A stretch of DNA of 64,000 nucleotides from Prevotella sp. (GTDB lineage: Bacteria > Bacteroidota > Bacteroidia > Bacteroidales > Dysgonomonadaceae). The notes beneath the pieces are model-generated. The model was not told where the DNA came from. It was given only the letters and a program-made list of their open reading frames with translations, and searched no databases. The position numbers and the translations under genes were made by a program. How positions within the stretch are numbered: position 1 is the stretch's first letter; every line of letters starts with the position of its first letter. The stretch lies in the NCBI GenBank assembly GCA_031285625.1, contig JAITVV010000095.1, forward strand, positions 1-64,000. Reading direction: 5' to 3'. Positions 1 through 8,154 of this stretch are shown here, in pieces.

Positions 1-930
1 AACATAGCACAGGTTGCCGAAGTCGTCATACACATACAGGGTATTCAGGTGCTGGATGGTTTTGTCCGGTAGTACATTGATCGCACGGGTTAACAGTACC
101 TGTCCCAGCTTGTCCTTAAACTCATATACCCTGTTGCCGTCTTCATCGGTCATACGGGTAACATAAAGCTGGGCGGCTTCGTATCCGCCGCCTGAATAGG
201 TCAGTTTGGTTGTCAGCCCTGATCCTGAAACAGCATATTTACGGCAGGAGAGCGCTCCATTGTCAACCGGGTCTGTACCGTTGGTCAGATAGTCCGTCTT
301 TACGGCTTTGCCCTTAGCCGCAGTATAATCCCCGTGCCAGGCTGTCCCGGGGCCGTATTGCTGCAGGATACGGTTCAGGGGTGATGCTTCGTAGACAGGC
401 AGGGAGTATGGCTTCTGGTCGTTACCGTTACTGCCGACAGCCCCTGTCTTAATCGTTGAAGGCGTAACGTATGCCCCGTTGTTATTTGCAATAACGGCCG
501 GTAGCCAGCTGTTACTCTCCCGCCCGAAAGCATCGTATTCCTGCAGGGTGACAAGGTCTGCCGTATTGGGGGTGATTCCGCGTTGTACGGTCTGCACAGG
601 GCGTCCCAGCCCGTCGAAGTACCGGATAGCTTCCATATAACGGCTGCCGTTATCGGTGGTATAGGTCCTGGTACGGATATAGTTCTGGTTGGAGCTGGCC
701 GAAGATGCCTGTCCTGCAAAAGGGTCGCAGGTGGAAGGGTTGACCCTCAGGGTAAGGCTACCGTTGGCCGTATTGGTAGCTTTGAAGCTAAAGCCGGGCT
801 TCAATGTAATACTCTGGCAGGCAGTTTCGGTGCCTCCTGCCGTGCGGGGGCTATTCAGGCTGATGGTTGCCTGGCCAAACAGCCCGGTGCTGCACAATAG
901 CAGGAATATGTGGTATAATAATTTTTTCAT
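1..930 (-). CDS. DUF6443-domain RHS repeat protein, N-terminal 310 aa (runs off the window; absent from the ORF track)
   Basis: Hand translation from ATG 930: signal peptide MKKLLYHIFLLLCSTGLFG-Q, then SNQNYIRTRTY, RYFDGLGRPVQTVQ, QEYDAFGRES, YEASPLNRILQQYGPG, EFKDKLGQVLLTR, YVYDDFGNLCYV; open to position 1. Confidence 0.9.
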   Translation of the reverse strand, partial: MKKLLYHIFLLLCSTGLFGQATISLNSPRTAGGTETACQSITLKPGFSFKATNTANGSLTLRVNPSTCDPFAGQASSASSNQNYIRTRTYTTDNGSRYMEAIRYFDGLGRPVQTVQRGITPNTADLVTLQEYDAFGRESNSWLPAVIANNNGAYVTPSTIKTGAVGSNGNDQKPYSLPVYEASPLNRILQQYGPGTAWHGDYTAAKGKAVKTDYLTNGTDPVDNGALSCRKYAVSGSGLTTKLTYSGGGYEAAQLYVTRMTDEDGNRVYEFKDKLGQVLLTRAINVLPDKTIQHLNTLYVYDDFGNLCYV

Positions 931-932
931 GG

Positions 933-1850
933 TCAATCGTTTTTAAGTTTTCTGTTCTCTTCTTCCAACGAGCGGATACGTGATTCTTGTCTCTCGTTTT
1001 CCTCTTTCAAGTCTTTTACTTGTTTATCCTGATTGATTACATACAAAGTCAGTTCTTCGATTTTCTGCAACAGTTTGATCTGCATCTCATTTACATTTAA
1101 TCCATCTTCTTGCATCTGCTTCTCGGAGGGTATCTCGGGAAGGTGTTTATTCTCTCTGACAAAGGTTTCAACCTCGGAGAGAGGCTTTAAAGCATAATCA
1201 GGTTCGAAGACGAAATCAGCGCCGGCATTGACTGTTATATTGACTTCCCGGGTGTTGATCGTTCCGGCAATGTCAAGGGCTGTCCCTTTTATTTTACCGT
1301 TGACATCCAGCTTAGCTTTGGGAACTGTACCAATGCCTATATTGCCATTATTGTCCGTATAGTATATGTTCATGAACCGGGCTTTACTTGTAATATCTGT
1401 ATTTGACCCTACACTGTAAGGTTTTATTTCCTGAACAGTATTTTGTGTCACACCATCTGAGCCGGCATTAGATAAGTATGCCTGAACAAAAATAGCAGCG
1501 TAACCAGCCAGCGTTTCTATTACAAAATCATATCCGGTTGTTGTTTCATATACTTTTAAGGCATAATTACTTGTTAAACCTCCCCGTTGTTCCTGGGTAA
1601 TCATTATTGGATTACTCGTATTGTCGCTTCTACTGGAAATTGAATAGGTGCGGTACCCCATAGTCCAGTCATTCCAGGTACCGCCATAAAGATCTATCTT
1701 TAGCTTATGGTAATTGCTATTATTATTTTTTGGTAATGATGCTATGTAGAATTTATTACCGCTTGTATTCCCTGTCCTTATAAATGAACCCTGTGCACAT
1801 AAGTTCATTGTAATAAAAGTCAGGAACGCTACTAAAACTGCTTTTTTCAT
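933..1850 (-). CDS. Secreted tail-fibre-like protein with S74/chaperone-like coiled-coil C-terminus
   Basis: Signal peptide + Q; GNIGIGT..KLDVNG; ADFVFEPDY.L..L.EVE.F..ENKHLPEIPS; LLQKIEELTLYVI; terminal coiled coil. Confidence 0.7.
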   Translation of the reverse strand: MKKAVLVAFLTFITMNLCAQGSFIRTGNTSGNKFYIASLPKNNNSNYHKLKIDLYGGTWNDWTMGYRTYSISSRSDNTSNPIMITQEQRGGLTSNYALKVYETTTGYDFVIETLAGYAAIFVQAYLSNAGSDGVTQNTVQEIKPYSVGSNTDITSKARFMNIYYTDNNGNIGIGTVPKAKLDVNGKIKGTALDIAGTINTREVNITVNAGADFVFEPDYALKPLSEVETFVRENKHLPEIPSEKQMQEDGLNVNEMQIKLLQKIEELTLYVINQDKQVKDLKEENERQESRIRSLEEENRKLKND

Positions 1851-1862
1851 GCTTTTTCCGTA

Positions 1863-2846
1863 TTAATTGTTCTGTTGATTTTGTAGTTCCTGAATAGTCC
1901 TGTTTTGTTTCTCTATTTTTTTGTCCTGTTCGATAACATATAATGTCAGTTCCTCTATTTTCTGTAAAAGCTTTGCCTGCATATCTACTACATTGACACC
2001 GTTTTCCAGAACTTCTTTCTCGGAGGGGATACCGGGCAGGTGCTGTTTCTCGTTTATATGTTTTTCTACTTCCGAAAGTTCCGGTAAGTCATAGCTTTTA
2101 TCAAAGACAAAATCTGCCCATCCTGAGGCTTCCAGCTTTACTTCTTTGGCGCGGACGGTACCGTTGACTTCTAGTTTGGATTGGGGGTTGGTAACGCCGA
2201 TGCCGACATTGCCGTTCGTATTGACAATCAAGCGATCTCCGTTCGGCCCGACATGGAATATCCCGTCTGTGCGCATTACTCCGGTATTGTGGTAAAAACT
2301 CTTATTGCCATAAGTCCTTATCCATGTGGCATCTGTCATATTGAAGCCGCCGCCCCAGGACTGAAAATAAAACCCTTTATTTCCGTTCGCCCGATACCAG
2401 CCTGTGGTATATACTTCTCCCTCCACATGGAGCTTATACTGAGGACTGTTAGTGCCAATGCCGATATTTCCTTCCGGAGTGATGCGCATCCGTTCTACCA
2501 AGTCTGTAGTACCGGCATTGATTCCTAAGGGATTTGTATAAAATGCTAATCCTGTTTTCTGTACTAACGCATTATTTTCTAAATGGCGGTTGTACCTTAA
2601 TGCGGCAATACGGGCGCCTGTCTGGTCTGCGGCCACATCCCTGTAACCGGTAAAGTCAAGATTGTATTGAGCAGCCAGGCCTCCTACAGGAACGGCTTTA
2701 TTTCCGATATCTCCGATTTTGCCTATGCGTAAACTACCTCCGGAAATATTGGACACATGGAGATTGCCATTAATAGTCTGGTTTTGTGCAAAAGCTAGTG
2801 CTGTTACTGCAAGTAAAGCGATTATTAATAAAGTTATTTTTCTCAT
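1863..2846 (-). CDS. Secreted tail-fibre-like protein with a PilV/fibre-type aromatic repeat and the same C-terminal domain
   Basis: Signal peptide + Q; two GN(I/V)GIG repeats; GEVYTTGWYRANGNKGFYFQSWGGGFNMTDATWIRTY; WADFVF..HLPGIPS..LLQKIEELTLYVI. Confidence 0.7.
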   Translation of the reverse strand: MRKITLLIIALLAVTALAFAQNQTINGNLHVSNISGGSLRIGKIGDIGNKAVPVGGLAAQYNLDFTGYRDVAADQTGARIAALRYNRHLENNALVQKTGLAFYTNPLGINAGTTDLVERMRITPEGNIGIGTNSPQYKLHVEGEVYTTGWYRANGNKGFYFQSWGGGFNMTDATWIRTYGNKSFYHNTGVMRTDGIFHVGPNGDRLIVNTNGNVGIGVTNPQSKLEVNGTVRAKEVKLEASGWADFVFDKSYDLPELSEVEKHINEKQHLPGIPSEKEVLENGVNVVDMQAKLLQKIEELTLYVIEQDKKIEKQNRTIQELQNQQNN

Positions 2847-2862
2847 AGTAGTATGTAGTATT

Positions 2863-5757
2863 TTATTGATTTTGGTAATGGTAATCGTATGTCCGGATAT
2901 TCTTCTCTGTTGTACCTTCTTTTATATAAGTGCGTTTCAACCTGTTAAATGAGTCATATTCATAACAGGTGGTAATGCCTGCAGGGTCGGTAGCTGAAAG
3001 CATACCTACAAGTGGTTTGTAGGTGTAGGTGGTAACATGAGCACCAGATAAACTAGTCCGTAAACTATTAACCTTTGCCTTATCCGTATCTGAAAGAACA
3101 ATACTTTTGGCAATGTTATCAACAATCGTTTGTCCGCCCAGTATATCCCGAACTTGTGCGTAAGTCGCATTTTTGATCTCGGCAATAGGATATTGACCAC
3201 CGTAAGACCAAAGGTAGACTGTGCTGATGCTGTCTTTCGTAGTCAGTTGCTGTATATTGCCTTTAGTATCATAGACATTATAGGTAAGATCGGTATTAAA
3301 TGTTCCGTTTCCTGTCTTGGACTGTTCTGAAGCAGATTTATAGAAGCTGCCGAATTTCGCAAAATTTCTTTTCTGTGTGGAAATGTGAGTATTACCTGAT
3401 TTCGTTGTATGTTCAAGTGATACATTAATCATATTTCGAGCAACCATTTCTTTTGAAACGGCATCGGTAAAATCCTGCGCATATTTATACTCATGGCCAA
3501 TGATCCTGTCGTGTATAATCTCCTGCCTCTTTGTTAATTGTATATTATTGGTTTTGGCAAGGTCAACTTTTCCATAGGTGTAATCCGTTTTGAGGCTAAC
3601 CCCGTCTTTTATTTCTTCAGTTCCTTCCAATTTATAAAATCCGGTCTCGTACTCTTCCCAAAAATAATCAAAGAGAGCGCTGGCGCTTGCCAGTGGCCTT
3701 GGCGGGTCATAATTAAAAATATACCTTTCACTGGCATGTTTTCCTATTGTGATTCTTTTTTTATGCCCGACTGTGTATATGTAATTTATACTTTTAACCG
3801 GTTTACTTTCACCTTCTTTATAAAAGTCTTCCCTTTCCAACTTTCCCATTACCCACGACTGCAGGTTTTCAATGTAAGGATACCTGGGTGTTGCAAATGT
3901 CTGCCCTATCGCCGGATTTGCAGTAATAACCTGCCTGTAAACGTATGGAGCGCTATAGGTATATTCTGTTTTGCCTTGCCCTTCTTCAGTCTTTATGACT
4001 TTCCGGTAAATAATGGGGCTACCCTGATGAAAGAATAATCCCGAAAAAGGTTCTTCCGTATAATAATACCTGCAATGATTGGTAAATTGATTCGTCCCCG
4101 AGCCCCGGAGACCTATAAATATCCTGTATTTATATAAATCATAATCCTCATTATCATTAATCAGCTTTATGTAAAGCGGATTTTCATACTTATAAAGGGT
4201 TGTGACCGGGGTTGAGCCTGTATCGGGTTTTGATATTATTTTAGCCAGCCTGAGGCCACCTGCAATTTTGTTATCTTTATCCTTGTTGGCTTCCGTAAAG
4301 AATTCGCTAAAACCGCCTGTCGGATAGTTTATCTTCTTTAGCGTCCATGCTTTCATATGATGCTCAGACGGGTTTCTATTTGCTAAATTATTGTTCAAAA
4401 AGGTGTATGCCTCCCTGTCGGTTCGAGATATTTTCCCTACTAAATGGGCATTGGAAGTAACCCCGTTATAATAACCCCAGAAATCCTGTCCTAACGAAAC
4501 AGATGAGCCTTTGTCCGACCATCGGGGAGGTAATGACGGTGTTTCGTTGTAATGAAATGTATATCTAAGGGGAGAGCCTCCATCATTACCCCTGATTTCT
4601 ATGGATTCAAGTTTAAGCCTGTAATCAGTATCCTTCGCCGGATTCGTCGAACTTTGGAAATAGGAGTAATTAAACCCAATCCTTTTAATCACAGCCCCCT
4701 GCTTATCTTTGACTACTATTGCACTTAAACTGTAGTGGCCTCCTTTGTCTTTCCTCTGGGTAGAAGTTAAAATAAAGTCGATAGAGCCATTGTCAAAGTC
4801 TATCCTTGTTAAATTCCTTTCGTAAAATTCCGTATAAGACCCGTTGAGATCACGCTCATTTGTCTGGCTGCCGCTCCCGTCCGCATTATAGCCCACACTT
4901 AAAGTCCCCGAACGGTTAAAAACTTTATATACGGCAGGATCACTGTAAGTAAATTTGATCGAATTCGAAGAACCCGGTGAAACTATCGTTGACACTTTCC
5001 AGTTTGAGGCAGCCGTTAGCCCCCTTTTCGCTCTTTTGGTCGGGATATATATATCTTCTTTATCCGAAAAAGTATATATGATTCCGCCCGGGTCCGTAAT
5101 CTTAAAAGAATTATTTATTTGGTCCCTGTCGATCCTGTTGTTTGAATAAGGTATATTTACCAGATTCCTGTCCATATCATATACAAAAGACCCGGAAAGG
5201 CCATTTATACTGTAACTGTAAATATCTGACCCCATATCGTAGGTCTCACTGATAAGTTCCTTGAAATACCATTCAATGTTTCCAAAACCATCTAGATCAT
5301 AATCGTTTAGACTATTAAATTCTTTTTCTTTAATTGGTACTTTGACTTTTATACTTCCTCCTGTTCTTGTCCGGAGTGACAACTCCGGGCTATTAAGGAA
5401 ACCGGAACTTTTATCTTCATCATTAATTCCCTTGATCTCACGGCTGATCATCCCTCCTACATTCAGGTTCCATCCTAATCCGACCCAGGTCGCAATATCA
5501 TTTACCTTATTTCCCCCAAGGTGATAAGATAAACTGATGGGTAATTTTAAATCTCCTGCTTCGATCGTATATACAGGTATACTGATATCCGGAATGCCGA
5601 CACAGTTGCTTACAGGATAATTTTGGAAGCGGTCCAGCATTGTTGCCTCCGGCGTTTTTGTTAATTGAGCCTGCATGCTTAACTCCCTGTTCCAATCCTG
5701 GGCATAACCACAAACAGAAGAGATACTCACCATAACTATAGCTAATATTTTTTTCAT
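2863..5757 (-). CDS. Secreted YD/RHS-repeat protein lacking an RHS core junction and toxin tip
   Basis: Likely start MKKILAIVMV (5757), signal peptide + Q; GIPDISIPVYTI..LPISLSYH..VGLGWNL; DFWGYYNG; INYPTGG; YDTKGNI; YEYDSFNRL; ends YDYHYQNQ with no DPxG. Confidence 0.85.
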   Translation of the reverse strand: MKKILAIVMVSISSVCGYAQDWNRELSMQAQLTKTPEATMLDRFQNYPVSNCVGIPDISIPVYTIEAGDLKLPISLSYHLGGNKVNDIATWVGLGWNLNVGGMISREIKGINDEDKSSGFLNSPELSLRTRTGGSIKVKVPIKEKEFNSLNDYDLDGFGNIEWYFKELISETYDMGSDIYSYSINGLSGSFVYDMDRNLVNIPYSNNRIDRDQINNSFKITDPGGIIYTFSDKEDIYIPTKRAKRGLTAASNWKVSTIVSPGSSNSIKFTYSDPAVYKVFNRSGTLSVGYNADGSGSQTNERDLNGSYTEFYERNLTRIDFDNGSIDFILTSTQRKDKGGHYSLSAIVVKDKQGAVIKRIGFNYSYFQSSTNPAKDTDYRLKLESIEIRGNDGGSPLRYTFHYNETPSLPPRWSDKGSSVSLGQDFWGYYNGVTSNAHLVGKISRTDREAYTFLNNNLANRNPSEHHMKAWTLKKINYPTGGFSEFFTEANKDKDNKIAGGLRLAKIISKPDTGSTPVTTLYKYENPLYIKLINDNEDYDLYKYRIFIGLRGSGTNQFTNHCRYYYTEEPFSGLFFHQGSPIIYRKVIKTEEGQGKTEYTYSAPYVYRQVITANPAIGQTFATPRYPYIENLQSWVMGKLEREDFYKEGESKPVKSINYIYTVGHKKRITIGKHASERYIFNYDPPRPLASASALFDYFWEEYETGFYKLEGTEEIKDGVSLKTDYTYGKVDLAKTNNIQLTKRQEIIHDRIIGHEYKYAQDFTDAVSKEMVARNMINVSLEHTTKSGNTHISTQKRNFAKFGSFYKSASEQSKTGNGTFNTDLTYNVYDTKGNIQQLTTKDSISTVYLWSYGGQYPIAEIKNATYAQVRDILGGQTIVDNIAKSIVLSDTDKAKVNSLRTSLSGAHVTTYTYKPLVGMLSATDPAGITTCYEYDSFNRLKRTYIKEGTTEKNIRTYDYHYQNQ

Positions 5758-5770
5758 CGCTCTAATTCGT

Positions 5771-6922
5771 TTACTTCTTAATAATAATTTCATTGACAAA
5801 TGCTCCGTTAGCCGTAATCCTCAATACATAGTTCTTCGGGTACAGACCTGAGCAATCCAGCGTTTCATTGTATATACCTTTGGATTTAGCTTTCGGTACT
5901 ATCTTCCTGACAGGCATGCCATCCAAAGAATATAGTTCAAAGGAGACTTTAGCATCTTCTTTGAGTTCATATTCCATGTTCAGTAGTGATTCCACAGGGT
6001 TAGGATACAGCTTGCAGGACATAATATCTTCCAATGCCACTATTTTTACCGCAGGGTCATCCTTTGGCTCTTTCTTATCCATATCCCACAGTTCATCCAG
6101 CAAAGCCTGGTTGTCAGGATCGGTATCCAGGTACAGGTGGTCCTGTGGCGGAAAGAAAAAGGCTGTTTTAAATATTTCCGCGCTGTCTGAAAGATTAATA
6201 TTCCTGACCGTCTCGAAAACAGGGTAACGATAGCCTTTGCTGTACCAACGACAGGTTTCCAACTGTTTGCCTGCGTTATCTGTTTCTTCCGTGGTATAAC
6301 TGTCTTCATCCGGTATGTCAAATATCGTCTGTATAGTTTTAACTCTCAGTACAGGACTAAGTGTATCCCCCGACGGCAGTATCATTTTTCCGTAGGCATC
6401 GGCTGTGGTTGTCATTGTCCCCTGCGTATGGATATCCACCGTGCCGGAGTAAAGGCCTTCCGACTGATAATTGGATAGTGTTGTCTGCCCGTAGTTCAGT
6501 GGAAAGCGCATCAGTACCATCGGGGAGGTATAGGCCAGTTTTACCGAGGGGTTTTCATGTCCCGTCTGCAACAGGCTGTCATGTGTTAAACGGTAGTAAT
6601 ACATCGTATTATGCTCGGTTCCGACAATCAGTTCGCTGTCTTTTATATCCGCTTTCTCATAGCGGTTGTCGCCCAGGATATAGATGCTGTCCCCTTCCAG
6701 CGGAGGCATATCATAACGCAGGGTATATTCATCATTAACGGATTTGAGTTTGCTGAAGTCCCAGAGCCTGTTTGCTCCGGATTCCCCGGGACTGATGTAT
6801 TCGACCTGTTGCTTGATTAACACATCACCGGGCCGGTAATGGTTGTGCAGGGTATTCAATTACCCGCAGACAGGCAATACAAAGCCTGCGGACATTAATA
6901 AAATTAATGCGGTTGTTTTCAC
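5771..6922 (-). pseudogene. T9SS type A sorting-domain (CTD) protein interrupted by TAA at codon 21
   Basis: GTG 6922 gives MKTTALILLMSAGFVLPVCG, then TAA (6860-6862), then in-frame LNTLHNH...; C-terminus LYPNPVESLLNMEYEL...YVLRITANGAFVNEIIIKK is a typical CTD. Confidence 0.8.
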
Positions 6923-6967
6923 TAAATTTAATATTATGGTTTATTTATGTTAATATTTTTCAGGCAG

Positions 6968-6975
6968 CAAAGATA
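6968..6975 (-). promoter_or_regulatory. Bacteroidota -7 promoter motif for the leftward RHS operon
   Basis: TATCTTTG (TAnnTTTG) on the minus strand, about 45 bp upstream of GTG 6922. Confidence 0.55.
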
Positions 6976-7166
6976 AGTTTCTTTTCTTAATTTGATATAT
7001 TGCATGTTAATTTTTTGATAAAATATTTTAAAATAAACAGGATGAATAGATTCCCTAATCCTGTAATCTTTTTCTCGCAGGTTTATCTATGTACTGTATG
7101 GGATGTATAAGCAAGGCATACATTCTAATTTGTAATAGTATTAATCATTAAAAAAAACAAAACGAA

Positions 7167-7631
7167 ATGGCGTTGAAGTATGTTGTAACAAAACAAGTGT
7201 TTGGCTTTGATAAAAGCAGAGCCGAAAAATATGTAGCCCGTCAGGTGGTTTCCGGGCAGGTTAATTTTAGCAAGTTATGTACACAGGTAGGGCAGATCTG
7301 CGGTGCGCACCGGGGAACGGTGCAACTGGTTATTGCGGGATTGGTGGATGCCCTGATAAACAATCTGGACGATGGGAAAAGTGTACAGTTGGGTGAGTTT
7401 GGCATATTCCGTCCCGGTATCCGGGCAAAAGCGGCATCCGCCGAAGCGGATGTGTCTGCGGAAAATATCTATCGCAAACGTATTATTTTCACGCCGGGCA
7501 CAGCCTTGAAGGATGTGATGAACAAAGTGAGCGTTACCCATTTTACAACTCCGGATACGGATTACACGAAATCTAATTCCAGTACTGGTGACGGGAACGA
7601 AGAAGATGAATATATAGATCCTTCAGCTTAA
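7167..7631 (+). CDS. HU-like DNA-binding protein (Bacteroidota long form)
   Basis: L.DGKSVQLGEFGIFRPG; IIFTPG; acidic tail EDEYIDPSA. Confidence 0.85.
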   Translation: MALKYVVTKQVFGFDKSRAEKYVARQVVSGQVNFSKLCTQVGQICGAHRGTVQLVIAGLVDALINNLDDGKSVQLGEFGIFRPGIRAKAASAEADVSAENIYRKRIIFTPGTALKDVMNKVSVTHFTTPDTDYTKSNSSTGDGNEEDEYIDPSA

Positions 7632-7742
7632 TCACAATAGTTTTTAAGGATGGATAACAATCATTCATCAAGTTAGAGAAAATCAAATTATCAAAGAACT
7701 TAAATCATTTTACTATTTCGACATCAGTACAAAACAGATATA

Positions 7743-7778
7743 AAAATCCCGCTTATATTCAAAATATAGCGGGATTTT
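7743..7778. terminator. Intrinsic terminator
   Basis: aaaatcccgct...agcgggatttt inverted repeat. Confidence 0.6.
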
Positions 7779-7799
7779 ATCTTTCGGCATCTCTATTGA

Positions 7800-8050
7800 C
7801 TAATTTCCTCCTCCGTTACCATCTCCCGGCTCTCCTTGCATTCCGGTAGGATCAATATACTTCACCGGATTCACGTCCCAACCGGCCGATAGCGTTTTCC
7901 CGCGTATAGCCGTTCATATCGCGTGTGGTGAGCGGGATAGCATAACGGTAGTTATAATGTTCATTTCACTTCTGTAACCAAAGGCGTCTTCCACTCTCCA
8001 CATACATGTTGTAGTCACGGTCGTACAGATATTTGTACCTCAATGAAATC
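7800..8050 (-). pseudogene. Degenerate RHS gene remnant
   Basis: Minus strand gives YKYLYDRDYNMYVE / EDAFGYRSE / YNYRYAIPLTTRDMNGY...LGR in shifting frames, joined to NPVKYIDPTGMQGEPGDGNGGGN* (7871-7800). Confidence 0.65.
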
Positions 8051-8154
8051 CTGAATATTTATTAAATTTAACTATATTTATGTCGGAAATATGGATTTAT
8101 ATATTTTTTTTGTATTTAAAAAATAAACAAGTATTTGAAAACTAAACAAACTTT

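Noticed and set aside
375-946. Short ORFs in the track at the window start
   Set aside because: Shadows of the true DUF6443 frame (930 to 1); an apparent frameshift at the C5 run near 846-850 was checked and the frame is intact.
933-2846. Prophage tail genes
   Set aside because: The proteins have Sec signal peptides and no capsid, terminase or baseplate genes are nearby.
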